This document shows positions 35,588 through 45,926 of a DNA stretch of 64,000 nucleotides, piece after piece. The notes under the pieces were generated by a model. The model did not search any database and was not told the origin of the DNA. It saw only the letters and a program-made list of their open reading frames with translations. A program made the position numbers and the translations under genes. The stretch's first letter is position 1, and each line of letters opens with the position of its first letter. The stretch is from a virus. The stretch lies in IMG/VR virus record IMGVR_UViG_3300045988_176633; one strand, 5' to 3'.

Positions 35588-35919
35588 GATCTCAGTAAAT
35601 CATTAATCTCTTTGAAAAAAGGAGCTACTTCTTTAAAGTAAACATTTTTGATTTCTCTGTAATCCTTGATACCTAGCTTGGAAAAATTCTCCACCTTTAA
35701 ATCTTTGATCAACTCTGGACACAAAACGATCAATGTTGCTTCAACATCAATCATATCTAATGCATTTTGAGCTGATAAAGTATTGGATAAAAGCATGGAA
35801 TTATACATTCCACTACTTATCGCTTGTTTCGTCGATTCAATACGATAATATTGACCAACATTAGGAAAAGGAATTGTATACTCCTTTCCAAAAATCTTGA
35901 TTGTTACTGATTCTTTCAT
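35584..35919 (-). CDS. tail assembly chaperone-position protein 1
   Basis: 111-aa ORF directly after the tube gene. Confidence 0.5.
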   Translation of the reverse strand: MKESVTIKIFGKEYTIPFPNVGQYYRIESTKQAISSGMYNSMLLSNTLSAQNALDMIDVEATLIVLCPELIKDLKVENFSKLGIKDYREIKNVYFKEVAPFFKEINDLLRS

Positions 35920-35929
35920 GATTACAAAA

Positions 35930-36415
35930 TTACAAATTTAATGTACTAATAGGATTTAAATAAATACCTGACACATTGAAACCAGCTACACCTTGTTCTC
36001 CAATAGAGAATTGCTGATTGTTTACAAAACAAGGTCCTAATTGACAAATAGTTTCACCTGTAGGATCAGATTGTGTAACCATTTTTGATGTATCATCTCG
36101 ACTTGTAACGGTCTTAGCGTACATTGTTAATGAGAACCCAAGTTCTCCTAATACCAAAGTATCTACGATTGATTGTACACTTCCAAGACGGTGCATCATA
36201 GCTTCTACTACCGGTTGCTTAAAATCTAGGAAGAATTGATCAACTGTAAATTGACACTGTAAAGAAATAGGAGGAACCTCTTTTATCAAGAGGTTTCCTA
36301 ATCCTTGTACATTGACTCTTTGGATATTCTCGGAGAAAGTCAAGTTACGAACGTAACCTGCGATTTGATTTTCAATTTTCACGAATGCTCGTGGACTAGA
36401 ATATACTGAAGTCAT
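35930..36415 (-). CDS. tail tube protein
   Basis: 161-aa ORF immediately downstream of the sheath gene. Size and order are typical of contractile tails. Confidence 0.65.
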   Translation of the reverse strand: MTSVYSSPRAFVKIENQIAGYVRNLTFSENIQRVNVQGLGNLLIKEVPPISLQCQFTVDQFFLDFKQPVVEAMMHRLGSVQSIVDTLVLGELGFSLTMYAKTVTSRDDTSKMVTQSDPTGETICQLGPCFVNNQQFSIGEQGVAGFNVSGIYLNPISTLNL

Positions 36416-36433
36416 TTTTCTTTAATTTTTGAA

Positions 36434-38080
36434 TTATCGAATTAAGAATCCAGTGAAGAACAATTTATTGATCTCGTTGTTCACACGAATCTTATAAGTT
36501 ACAAACCAAGCATCTTCTTTTTGCGTCACTACAACATCTTGAAAAGCTAGAATTAAATTATCACTATCTTCAGTTGCGACACGACTCTGTAAATAGAATG
36601 TGGTCCAATTTTTAACATCTCCTGCAGATAATGTATTTACATTTACACCATTTTCCTGACTTAGAAGGTCTATTTCTGCATTTACGACTAATTCACGGTT
36701 AATCTGAGCAACGATTCTCATGAACTGAATGGAGAACGATTGTCCCTTCGCATTAAATAGGCTTGTATTGTCTTGTAACGTATTGATACCTTGCAAGACA
36801 ACAAATTTTCTTGTGAAAGCATTTTTTATCGTTACTAAAACACCATATTTTAACGCTTGCTTCTTATCGTCATCCGATAGAATGTGCTTAACACGATCAA
36901 TACCAATCGATTTGTTGGTTACTGGTACATAAGGAGGCTTTCCAGATACACGACCTACAATTGCAGCCAAATTATACATTACTGTCCACCAACGATAGCC
37001 TACACTAGACTGTTCAGTGTTCAATCCAACATTACCATGAACCAAAACAATCTTATCACTGTCAAATCCTTGAGCAAGAGTGATTGAATCATTGAATTGA
37101 GTAGCTTCTCCGTAACCACCTACATACAAGAAATGATCAAATTTCGCCGTGAAATTCAAGTGAGTGATCACTTTCTTTGTAATAGTTGAATTAGCATTAA
37201 CTCCATATTGGTCAGTAAAAACAATATTGTAATCCAAATCTGTGATCTGACTTAAAACAGAATCTACATCCGTTGCATTGTATGTTTCTGTACCACCTGT
37301 TGAAATTTGGTAAGCACCTGTAAGACTAGAAACATCACTTTCAATCACAACACCCTTTGCATCGCCATCGCCACCTACAACAGTATCTGTTTCATTGAAA
37401 GCAAAATATGCGTTAAAATTAGGATCTGATTTAGCCCAATCAATCAATGTTTGAACATTGTTAAATTCAGGAGATTCAACCATAAGTTGAGGAGAAGACT
37501 GAAGAGCTGTTTCCTCACCATAAGGCAATCCATCTTCCGCTAAGCCAGTGAATGTACCTTTCCAAATCTGGAAAATCCACTTGTTAGGATCAATACTACC
37601 AGCTTTAATGCTATATCCATAACCAGAAACGAGATTGTCTCCTTCCAAAGTACCGTTACCCCATAAACCTTCGTCTCTTGTATTGATAGCAAATGTACTA
37701 CCACCTCCAGTGGTAAATTTCATTTCACTAGGAGTAGTGGTGCAAGCACGAACATAATATAACTCAGAAATACCAATTGCTGCAGGATTACTAGGATCTG
37801 GTGTGAAAAGAGCTTCTGAAATCTTCCAGAACATACCACCTTTTACAAAACTTCTGAAATCAGCTAAATTCAGGAATGTATAGATAGCGTCTTGTCCATT
37901 AGCTAGTTCACCATTAATACCAGCACCACCGCCATATTTGGCACCAAAAACACCTGTATCGATGATCAAAACTTTACCATAGTCCAAATTTCTAGCAGGA
38001 TTGTTCTCACCTGAGACAATCGTACTATATGCACCTGGCAAAGAGATCTGTCGATTATTAAAATAAAACGACGTTGACAT
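36434..38080 (-). CDS. contractile tail sheath protein
   Basis: 548 aa. N-terminal ISLPGAYSTIVSG resembles the conserved PGVY start of sheath proteins. Followed by a tube-sized gene. Preceded by a 210-nt leader. Confidence 0.7.
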   Translation of the reverse strand: MSTSFYFNNRQISLPGAYSTIVSGENNPARNLDYGKVLIIDTGVFGAKYGGGAGINGELANGQDAIYTFLNLADFRSFVKGGMFWKISEALFTPDPSNPAAIGISELYYVRACTTTPSEMKFTTGGGSTFAINTRDEGLWGNGTLEGDNLVSGYGYSIKAGSIDPNKWIFQIWKGTFTGLAEDGLPYGEETALQSSPQLMVESPEFNNVQTLIDWAKSDPNFNAYFAFNETDTVVGGDGDAKGVVIESDVSSLTGAYQISTGGTETYNATDVDSVLSQITDLDYNIVFTDQYGVNANSTITKKVITHLNFTAKFDHFLYVGGYGEATQFNDSITLAQGFDSDKIVLVHGNVGLNTEQSSVGYRWWTVMYNLAAIVGRVSGKPPYVPVTNKSIGIDRVKHILSDDDKKQALKYGVLVTIKNAFTRKFVVLQGINTLQDNTSLFNAKGQSFSIQFMRIVAQINRELVVNAEIDLLSQENGVNVNTLSAGDVKNWTTFYLQSRVATEDSDNLILAFQDVVVTQKEDAWFVTYKIRVNNEINKLFFTGFLIR

Positions 38081-38290
38081 AATTTTTATTAATTTTAATA
38101 AATTTTACGAATTCATTATTTACAATAAAAATTGAAGGCACACTTTCGAGTTCTATCCTTGTAAAACTCAGATAAATCTCGAATCTTCCCACACCTTTTG
38201 CGCTTCTTGGTATTCATTTCTCACTTATTGTAAAATTTTACTCTAAATATAGATACAATTTTCTCATCTACAAAATAAAAGGCAGATTTT

Positions 38291-38983
38291 TCACGCCTTT
38301 ATCTCAGATTCAACGCCCGGAATAGTTTTCGTAACTTTTCCATCTGTCATAAAAGTAGCTTCTAAACCAGCTTTTTCAAAGATTACCTTACCTAATAAAT
38401 TAGGATTGATAAGACTTGGTACCATGTTATCCATTGAAACATTTAAACCAATAGACTTGATAAAAATAGGAGTTGGAATTAAGTTTGTCTCAGCCATAAG
38501 CTCTTTCACGGTGAAATCAATAGTGATGAACTTCTGTGCTAACAAATCGTAAGAAGCAAGTAACAATGAATATAAAGTCTCTGACATTATGATTGATTGT
38601 AACATGTTCACTCCCATACATAGAATTTCAAAATTACTTGACCTAGAGTCTCTATATAAATAACCTCCTGTTGAATTAAATCCTGAAATCTTTCCTATTG
38701 AATTATCTGGTCCATTTGATTTCCCTGGTTCTCTAATTACATAACACGGTAAACCAGTCTTATCTTTGGGATATTCCATAACAACTTTTATGTTATTAGG
38801 ATTATCTTGATTTCGAGAATACATAGATAATGCTTGTGTATAAAAATCAAAAGCACCGTCTTTTACTCCAAAAAACATCTTGTATAAGAATCTATCTTCT
38901 TCGTTGACTGTTTCGACTGAATCTTGATAAATATAATTTATAAGATTAACCACTAATTGTTTAATTTCTATTATAGGTATCAT
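38291..38983 (-). CDS. hypothetical protein, neck/tail-completion region (by position)
   Basis: 230-aa ORF between the capsid and sheath modules. Confidence 0.45.
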   Translation of the reverse strand: MIPIIEIKQLVVNLINYIYQDSVETVNEEDRFLYKMFFGVKDGAFDFYTQALSMYSRNQDNPNNIKVVMEYPKDKTGLPCYVIREPGKSNGPDNSIGKISGFNSTGGYLYRDSRSSNFEILCMGVNMLQSIIMSETLYSLLLASYDLLAQKFITIDFTVKELMAETNLIPTPIFIKSIGLNVSMDNMVPSLINPNLLGKVIFEKAGLEATFMTDGKVTKTIPGVESEIKA

Positions 38984-38987
38984 ACGA

Positions 38988-39758
38988 TCATATATTTTCT
39001 AAAAAGTTATCAATAGCTATTTGTGCTACACGACTTATATCAGCTCGTTCCAATGCTTTATCCATCAATTTTTTAGGTGGTATACCTCCGTTCCACCAAC
39101 TAGCTGGACTAGATTTATCACTAACACGTCTAAACGTAAAGTAACCACTCCTAACTTCTTTATCAGTAGACTGTATATTGACTTTTACCAATCCTTGATA
39201 TTTAGGAGATTTATGCATATACTCAGGTACAACTAAACCAGGTACGTTAATTTCTTTTCTGATCCCTGGTAGTTTGTGTTGTTCAGGTAAATCAGTTGTT
39301 TTTAAAGGTCTTGTTGATTGTTTGGCAATATTATAAATTTCTTTAGGCATGATAGAAGAGAAGATACCTGATTCAGCGACTGCTTCTGGTGTCGCATGTC
39401 TAAATGGTATGGTTAAATACCAACCTCCGTCTTTTTTCTCTTTGACTTTATCAGATCTCTGAAATCCTATTTTCTCATCAAAAGGACTGGCACCTTCTTC
39501 AATCATGATAGCAAGAGGACTTTCTCTTGCCATCAAACCAAAAACAACCTCCATACCAGAAGGTCGTTCCATGAACATTGCACGTTTATATTCAGATCGA
39601 GATTTTTTTAACTCTCGATTGACTAGATCCTCCCAACGAGTGGAATATTCTACTATAACTTTATCAATGATAGATGTCCCAAGAATCTCCGTTTGATTTG
39701 CTGTTAAAGAAAATTCTTCAACTAAATCACTTAAATCTATGTTTATAGGTAGGATCAT
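38988..39758 (-). CDS. hypothetical protein, head-tail joining region (by position)
   Basis: 256-aa ORF. Confidence 0.45.
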   Translation of the reverse strand: MILPINIDLSDLVEEFSLTANQTEILGTSIIDKVIVEYSTRWEDLVNRELKKSRSEYKRAMFMERPSGMEVVFGLMARESPLAIMIEEGASPFDEKIGFQRSDKVKEKKDGGWYLTIPFRHATPEAVAESGIFSSIMPKEIYNIAKQSTRPLKTTDLPEQHKLPGIRKEINVPGLVVPEYMHKSPKYQGLVKVNIQSTDKEVRSGYFTFRRVSDKSSPASWWNGGIPPKKLMDKALERADISRVAQIAIDNFLENI

Positions 39759-40525
39759 ATGATTCTTCTTAAAAATTCAACTAATTCTTCTACATTTTCG
39801 GGAACATTATCTCGCTTAATAAATCTATTCTCTTCTTTTAAAAGAGGCTGTAAATTTCTGAAATTGAAACAGATACGTTGATTTTCCTCTTTCGTCAAAT
39901 CAAAATAGGAGCAGGGAATGATGTGATCAACATCCCAAAAGGAACCGTAATTATCCCATGTCATCCCTTCAACGAACTGATTCTCAAGGTGTTTCCTAAG
40001 ATCTTCAAGAGAGCAGCCTAGAAGATCAAGAGTTTTTAATTTTTTTGAACTATTCTTTAATGCATATCGCAATCTTCCTCTAGCTAAAGTTATAATTTTA
40101 TAATTTATATCCTCTTTATATTTACAACGTCGATAATCTTTCAATTTAGAAGATCTCCATTTTTTACAAGATCTTTTTCTAACTTCTCGTCCTTTTTCTG
40201 TTTTTAAATATCTACTATCCCAAATTCTATGATACTCCTTTTCTCTCAAAATCTGAGATTCTGTTTTTATATGAGTTTGACGGTATATCTTTTGTCGTTC
40301 TTTAACTTTCTCTTTGTGATTTTCACAATATTTTTTAGAACTTCTCTTTAAAGCTTCTTTTCCAGCTTCAGTTTGGCGATATTTTTTACTAGTATTAGAA
40401 ACACAGTCTCTACAACGGCAATTTAATTTATCTATTTGTCTGCTATCTCGAGAAAAATTATCGAGAGAGAGTTCTCGTTTGCAACGAGAACAAACTTTCA
40501 GACCGGTTTCAAAATTCGCTTTCAC
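39755..40525 (-). CDS. HNH homing endonuclease (paralogue of 27198..28007)
   Basis: GTG start. The first 67 nt differ from the first 67 nt of 27198..28007 at only 4 positions. C-terminal WDVDHIIPC...NLQPLLKEENRFIKRD is the HNH core. Confidence 0.7.
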   Translation of the reverse strand: MKANFETGLKVCSRCKRELSLDNFSRDSRQIDKLNCRCRDCVSNTSKKYRQTEAGKEALKRSSKKYCENHKEKVKERQKIYRQTHIKTESQILREKEYHRIWDSRYLKTEKGREVRKRSCKKWRSSKLKDYRRCKYKEDINYKIITLARGRLRYALKNSSKKLKTLDLLGCSLEDLRKHLENQFVEGMTWDNYGSFWDVDHIIPCSYFDLTKEENQRICFNFRNLQPLLKEENRFIKRDNVPENVEELVEFLRRII

Positions 40526-41296
40526 TTATACATTCTCATTTTCTATGAATTTCCCTTCAAAACTCAATCGCATATCTATAAATTGGGCTAATCTAGCTAT
40601 TCCTTGTACAGGTAACTGTATTGGTTCTAAAGCTCCTGTCTTTTTATCTTTTTTCCAAGATGCTCTTATGATATGAGGTAAATCTAAGACCCTGTATTCG
40701 AGTTCGTGCATATAATAAACACTGACAATTTTCTCCTCTGTCAAATCCTCGTTAAAAACTAAACAATAACCATTATCTTCTTTTATGTAATAACTAGTTT
40801 CATCTAGTTTTAACAAGGGTTGATTTGATGAAACGAAAACATATACAGCTAATACCTTAACCGGTTTATAAGTGGTAAAAACGAATGAATTTGTTTGGTT
40901 TCTCCTTATATCTAAGTTTTCGCTATAATACGAATATTGGTTCTTAATTGTTACTTTATCAAAGTAACTTAAATTAGCCTTATCTGTGTCTTGTACTGTT
41001 ATAGCTATCGTTCCGAGTAATTCTTCGGACCAACTTTTATATTGATTGTTTTGATTTATACCAGTTATAAGAGCTTGTGTTTTGATAGGATTCACGTAAA
41101 AGTAACCTGTACCAAAACAATTTTGACAGTCTATCAATGGTGCATCAGGTGCATGACAAGGACATCTCAATGCTCTTTCTAATATCACTGTATATCCTTT
41201 TAACCATATTGCAGCATCAAATTCATGTTTAAAGAATTCTGGAGAAGCTACACCAGTTAACGAAGGACTAGATTTAGTAAGAATATTTTTTGTCAT
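40526..41296 (-). CDS. hypothetical protein, head-tail joining region (by position)
   Basis: 256-aa ORF containing RCPCHAPDAPLIDCQNCFGTGY, a Cys cluster. Confidence 0.45.
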   Translation of the reverse strand: MTKNILTKSSPSLTGVASPEFFKHEFDAAIWLKGYTVILERALRCPCHAPDAPLIDCQNCFGTGYFYVNPIKTQALITGINQNNQYKSWSEELLGTIAITVQDTDKANLSYFDKVTIKNQYSYYSENLDIRRNQTNSFVFTTYKPVKVLAVYVFVSSNQPLLKLDETSYYIKEDNGYCLVFNEDLTEEKIVSVYYMHELEYRVLDLPHIIRASWKKDKKTGALEPIQLPVQGIARLAQFIDMRLSFEGKFIENENV

Positions 41297-42096
41297 AATA
41301 CCATAAATTTGAATTCATCGTACACCAATTTAATTCTTGATACAGTCTCTTTGATTTCCTCTCTATACTGTTGAATTCTTGCTCCATAACCAGCATTGGT
41401 TGCTGAAGCTGTTGTCGAAATACTTTGACTAAGACCATCAATACCAAGAGACATACTAGCAATACCAGCAGATCCTAAAATAAGATCACCTGCAATTCCT
41501 AAAGGTCCAAATGAAGCAACTTTTCCAACTAGATCAATTAAATCTATAGGCATCTTATCTAAATCAAATCCAGTGATATATTGCATCGACCAATAATCTG
41601 GAATATTGTCAAATTTTTGAAAACCGATTTGAGTGGTGATTCCTGTTAAGATCACATCTGCATTCGCTTTAGCAGAACTAGCTCCTGTAGGGACGACACT
41701 TATTCGTCGTTTACCGATACCGGCTTTGTCTCGTTCACACATCAACCAACCTTGCGGATAAATGATTTGCTCTGCTTTGTTTAACATACCAGTCAAAGCC
41801 ATCGGTTCTCGAACAGGATATTTTGTCTGCAAAATAGGAAATTGTTGCCAGTAGTCGTCTCGGTAATATGATGTTGTTTCTAGTTCAATTAACTGTTTGA
41901 CGAACTTGAGATTGAAATAATTTTCAATTTCCATCTGAGCCGATCTTATATAGAATAACATAGACTCATTAGAAAAATTACTACCTTCACCTCCTTGTAT
42001 TTTGATACCATATAAATACAAGGACCACATTTCAGATACTGAAAGTATCAAACCTGTGTTCTTTTTATATCTTATCGTCAACGTTAATTGTCCCAT
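41293..42096 (-). CDS. hypothetical protein, head-tail connector region (by position)
   Basis: 267-aa ORF. Confidence 0.45.
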   Translation of the reverse strand: MGQLTLTIRYKKNTGLILSVSEMWSLYLYGIKIQGGEGSNFSNESMLFYIRSAQMEIENYFNLKFVKQLIELETTSYYRDDYWQQFPILQTKYPVREPMALTGMLNKAEQIIYPQGWLMCERDKAGIGKRRISVVPTGASSAKANADVILTGITTQIGFQKFDNIPDYWSMQYITGFDLDKMPIDLIDLVGKVASFGPLGIAGDLILGSAGIASMSLGIDGLSQSISTTASATNAGYGARIQQYREEIKETVSRIKLVYDEFKFMVL

Positions 42097-42100
42097 TGTC

Positions 42101-42664
42101 TTATTCTTCTGTTGATTCGTAGTATGCCATTAACATACTAATGACGGACTCTGCATCTTTAGTTTTTTCAATATCCTTTTCAGGTAACCCTTCTTCAATA
42201 GCCAATTTCTTCAATTCTTCGAACGGCATCTTTTCCAAAGTTGTTCGAATATCATCTGTTTCTACTTTTTCATCAACATTTTCTTCAAGTTTCTTTTCGT
42301 TAGAAGGCGCTTCTTTGACAACAGCAGGAAGTTGCTTTTTCAAATTTTCAACTGCTTTCTTCCATGTTTTAACCTCGTCTTTCAAATCCTTGATTTGTTT
42401 GTCTTTAGTAGTGATGATGTTTTTAAGGCGATCAATCTCAGAGTTGTACTCTTCTTTTAAGACTTCAATCGTCTTATCAGTATCAATTTGATCAGCATTC
42501 TTTTGCTGAGGAGCTTCTCCTTCTTTGAAAATATTTGGAAATTTGGATTCCACTATTTTCTTAAAAAGATCATTGGAAATTTCTGCAACACCATTTTTAA
42601 ATTCGATTACCTCACCGAAAATAGCTAATTTCTGATTTGAATAAATTCTTGATACGACTTTCAT
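42101..42664 (-). CDS. hypothetical coiled-coil acidic protein
   Basis: 187-aa ORF just downstream of the capsid gene and its terminator. Confidence 0.5.
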   Translation of the reverse strand: MKVVSRIYSNQKLAIFGEVIEFKNGVAEISNDLFKKIVESKFPNIFKEGEAPQQKNADQIDTDKTIEVLKEEYNSEIDRLKNIITTKDKQIKDLKDEVKTWKKAVENLKKQLPAVVKEAPSNEKKLEENVDEKVETDDIRTTLEKMPFEELKKLAIEEGLPEKDIEKTKDAESVISMLMAYYESTEE

Positions 42665-42685
42665 ACAAATTCAATTTTAAAAAGA

Positions 42686-42716
42686 AAGGAGAAAGAGATT
42701 AACTCTCTCTCTCCTT
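42686..42716 (-). terminator. terminator-like hairpin after the major capsid gene
   Basis: 12-bp stem with one mismatch (AAGGAGAAAGAG / CTCTCTCTCCTT) and a 7-nt loop. Followed on the minus strand by TCTTTTTAAAA. Confidence 0.55.
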
Positions 42717-42740
42717 CACTTATTTGTTTATATAATCTTT

Positions 42741-44255
42741 TTATAAGCCAATCGTGCCAATGTTAATAACACGACATATTTTAGCCGGCTGATACAATAC
42801 AGGAGTACCGTAATTCAAGATCGCGAATCGACGACTTGGAGCTGTGATAGCGAAATCCATTTTCATCGTATCAGCAAATTGTAAGTACTCATTGATTTGA
42901 TCATCGTTGTAATAAACTAACGCAGACTTCGTACCAGCAATGAAACGGTTACGATCACGTACTTTACCTGCAGCAGCTCCGTCCCAACCATTAGCTAGTT
43001 GATTTACTGGAACCTCAAACAACGGATAGTATTCTGTCGTAGCATTTAATGCTGCATCTTTAACCGTTCTATAGATAACAAAACAAGTCGGTTGATAAGC
43101 GCCTCCAACACCAGCAGTAAACTGCAAATCAACTGACTGAGAAGCTGTAACAGCTAAAGCTACCTTTGAAGTCAAATTCAAAGGAGCTGATTCACCATAA
43201 CGATTCTTAGCTGTCACTAAGTAACCATAAGAACCAGCATGTTTACCAAACATTGTCTTAGTATCGTTGTTTACTGTAGCAGCAGGAGCTGCACCAACAA
43301 CCGGTATTGTAGGAGCCTTTGGAGAAGAAGCAGTTTTTCCAACACGGATCGATTTACGAACGTCGAAGAACTTGTCATTCTTAACAGCTACCTTACCAAA
43401 TTGAGTTGTAATATCGTTAACTGATTGACCCATCGTTGCACCAGTAACAGAATCACGCATACCAACGATAACTCGTTTTGACTCATGGAACAATTTAACG
43501 TAATCGTTAAATACCTTAGGAGAGGAAACAATACGATCAATATAACCGTTATAAACGTTTACAACAGAATCAGCGGCATCTTCAACTAAAGAGTCATTCA
43601 ACACATTTCCATCTGCATTGATAACAGCAGCAGAACCGAAGTAATCGTCCAACAATTGCTCAGATGTCTTACCTTCGTAAGAACCACCGTCAGCTTGATT
43701 CACACCTAACATATGTTGACGGAAAATACCATCAAATTGTTCAGGTACAGCAGCAGAGTCAGCATCAATCAAACGTTGATCCAAAATCGTCTGCAATAGG
43801 ATCGTCTTATTCTGAACCTCCTTGGTATACATATTCATACCGCCAGCCAATTTAGCTAACATAGCAGGATGAGTTACTTGTCCTGTTACACCCATAAATT
43901 TGGTGATTACAGACTTACGGATATATTGAGAATCAGTCTCTTCTGGAGTCTCACCTTCCATGTTAAAGATTCCAACCTCTTCACCATATTTGTACAATTG
44001 ATTGTACTGATGAACAGTGTTGTCGATCTTATGTTTAGGCATCTCATTCAAAACAACCAACTGATTCAAACGGTTACCTAATACCTTCAACACTGAATCT
44101 AATGATTCAACTTTCAAACCACCACCATTGCTGATCTGGTTATCATATTGCATACCAGTCTTTAAACCGGCTTCCATTGCTTTCAGGATCTCTGCAGCGT
44201 CAATGTTTTCCAACATACCGGAAACTGCACCACCTGTATAATCATAAAGTTCCAT
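42741..44255 (-). CDS. major capsid protein
   Basis: 504-aa ORF directly after the protease and an acidic scaffold-like gene, and followed by a terminator. The call is positional. Confidence 0.65.
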   Translation of the reverse strand: MELYDYTGGAVSGMLENIDAAEILKAMEAGLKTGMQYDNQISNGGGLKVESLDSVLKVLGNRLNQLVVLNEMPKHKIDNTVHQYNQLYKYGEEVGIFNMEGETPEETDSQYIRKSVITKFMGVTGQVTHPAMLAKLAGGMNMYTKEVQNKTILLQTILDQRLIDADSAAVPEQFDGIFRQHMLGVNQADGGSYEGKTSEQLLDDYFGSAAVINADGNVLNDSLVEDAADSVVNVYNGYIDRIVSSPKVFNDYVKLFHESKRVIVGMRDSVTGATMGQSVNDITTQFGKVAVKNDKFFDVRKSIRVGKTASSPKAPTIPVVGAAPAATVNNDTKTMFGKHAGSYGYLVTAKNRYGESAPLNLTSKVALAVTASQSVDLQFTAGVGGAYQPTCFVIYRTVKDAALNATTEYYPLFEVPVNQLANGWDGAAAGKVRDRNRFIAGTKSALVYYNDDQINEYLQFADTMKMDFAITAPSRRFAILNYGTPVLYQPAKICRVINIGTIGL

Positions 44256-44286
44256 CCTATATAATTTTAATAGATTTATTCACGAA

Positions 44287-44988
44287 TTAACGCACGAACT
44301 TGACGTTTTTACTGTCATACATATAACGAGCAAGATTCTCACCTACAGTCTCAGCTTCAGGATTGGTTAAATATGCAAAAACATCGTCACCAATTGATTT
44401 CATCAAAACTTCATCGTCTTGAACTGAATCAATAGCTTTTTCAATAAGAGTACGTGCTAAAGGCCGTTGTTTTACAATATTTACAGTAATCTTACCGTTA
44501 TCGTCTTTCATAGTGCCGATAGATTTTTGCAAGAAAGTAGCGTTATCAAGACCTTCACTTCTAAAAGGAGTTGGTTGAGCACCGATCGCTTCAATAGATT
44601 TCCTAAGAGGTTCTATCTCCTCCTTGATAGCCTCTTTAAAAGCCTCTTTCATTTCAAAACCGAAAGATTTCATAAGATCTCTGTTGAAACTTTTTTCAAC
44701 TTTTTCTTTAGATTTCTTCTTCTTCTTACCTTTTTCTTCAATGTCCTCGTCGAGATCTTCGATATCGTCATCATCTTTGTCCTCGTCTTCTTCCAAATCT
44801 TCAATATGCTTTTCGTCGTCTACGACATTCTTTTCTTCATCCTCTTTAGAATGCTCCATTTCTTTTTCAGTTTTAGACTTCTCAAGTATGATATCACCAT
44901 TCTCAATGGCTTTCTCTATATACTCTTCGTCAAAACCTCCATTTAAAAGAGCTTTAACTATGGATGAGTTCTTCCATTCTGCTTTCAT
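44287..44988 (-). CDS. scaffolding protein (acidic, helical)
   Basis: 233 aa with an extreme D/E/K run (EDLEEDEDKDDDDIEDLDEDIEEKGKKKKK). Lies between protease and capsid. Confidence 0.55.
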   Translation of the reverse strand: MKAEWKNSSIVKALLNGGFDEEYIEKAIENGDIILEKSKTEKEMEHSKEDEEKNVVDDEKHIEDLEEDEDKDDDDIEDLDEDIEEKGKKKKKSKEKVEKSFNRDLMKSFGFEMKEAFKEAIKEEIEPLRKSIEAIGAQPTPFRSEGLDNATFLQKSIGTMKDDNGKITVNIVKQRPLARTLIEKAIDSVQDDEVLMKSIGDDVFAYLTNPEAETVGENLARYMYDSKNVKFVR

Positions 44989-45037
44989 AATTTAACTTGA
45001 TTTTATTTTTCGTAAAAATAGTTTTCTATTTTCGAAT

Positions 45038-45814
45038 TTACAAAATTATTCTTCCAGATTTTTTCAAAAAGTCATCTAAAACCTTCTTAGATATGAACCC
45101 CTTTTGAAATCCTTTATAAAGATCCCAAAATTGTTCAACTTGAAAAGATGGACTATCCTTTACAGAAATCTTAAAATCTCTATCGATTTGAATGACTTTA
45201 CCGTTAGAATTATACTCCAATAAAATCGCTTGAGTTTGAAAATCCTTAGGACTATTAAAATCAATATCCCTTGATTTCATACTTTTAGTGATATCAACGT
45301 AAGTTGATGGATTTACCGGAGTAAATGTCAATGCTATGTTGGTAATGAGTGCTTTTGTAACTCTCTTTGGATTCTTAGGATCACGAGCCAATGCTTTGCC
45401 TTCTACAGACATACCAGGTTTTCTTGTTGAACCCGATTCTTTCATTTCTATTGCTTTATCCCAAAAAGCTCTAGCTTCTGGAGAGTTCTCCCAAAGTTTT
45501 CCTTTCACAAAAAATTTTCCATCTCTTACTTTAGCTTCTAAAGGCTCACCAATCCAAAATCGACTTTTGTTGATTGGACTTCGTGTAGGAAGATGATCAA
45601 GGTTAAATAATCCTGATTTTAGAAAACGATCGTAAATAAAACCATTAGGATCAAGAACTTCATCTTCAGCATCTTCTGTCTTATCAGATGCAAGACCAGA
45701 GAACGTCATATTCTTATAACGTTCTTCTTTAGAAAAATCTTTTTGTTTTGAAGACTTTTCAAAATCTATATCTAAATCAAGACCAAACTGAAAACAGTCA
45801 AAACTGTTATACAT
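45038..45814 (-). CDS. prohead maturation protease (HK97/S78-like)
   Basis: GLASDKTEDAEDEVLDPNGFIYDRFLKSGLFNLDHL fits the D..G......H pattern of prohead serine proteases. Lies upstream of the scaffold. Confidence 0.55.
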   Translation of the reverse strand: MYNSFDCFQFGLDLDIDFEKSSKQKDFSKEERYKNMTFSGLASDKTEDAEDEVLDPNGFIYDRFLKSGLFNLDHLPTRSPINKSRFWIGEPLEAKVRDGKFFVKGKLWENSPEARAFWDKAIEMKESGSTRKPGMSVEGKALARDPKNPKRVTKALITNIALTFTPVNPSTYVDITKSMKSRDIDFNSPKDFQTQAILLEYNSNGKVIQIDRDFKISVKDSPSFQVEQFWDLYKGFQKGFISKKVLDDFLKKSGRIIL

Positions 45815-45864
45815 ATATTCTTTTTCATTTCCTAACGAATTTACGAATTAAAATGTTATATACA

Positions 45865-45906
45865 TTTTCGAGGTAAAGATATAGATTAAATTTAAACGAA
45901 CAAACA
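45865..45906 (-). promoter_or_regulatory. weaker copy of the bipartite promoter-like motif
   Basis: Minus strand reads TGTTTGTTCG-N15-TATCTTTACCTCGAAAA, 50 nt upstream of the protease ATG. 12 of 17 core matches. The spacer is one nt shorter. Confidence 0.3.
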
Positions 45907-45926
45907 TTTTCAAGAATAAAACGTCT

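Noticed and set aside
35582-35600. Possible -1 programmed frameshift linking the two tail-chaperone-position ORFs
   Set aside because: The second ORF is in the -1 frame as expected, but that frame is open for only 4 codons upstream of its start. The overlap region (TTTACTGAGATCGTGA) has no X-XXY-YYZ slippery heptamer. Simple TGATG translational coupling is the better explanation.
38081-38290. Canonical Bacteroidota promoter (TTG at -33 and TAnnTTTG at -7) upstream of the sheath gene and in other intergenic regions
   Set aside because: Only near-misses were found by eye (TATTTTG, TAGAGTTTG), so no confident call was possible.
38278-38300. Hairpin AAAGGC/GCCTTT overlapping the stop of 38291..38983 as a terminator
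   Set aside because: It has only a 6-bp, mostly A/T stem with an 11-nt loop, which is too weak to list as a feature. It is mentioned only in connection with the shared 15-mer.
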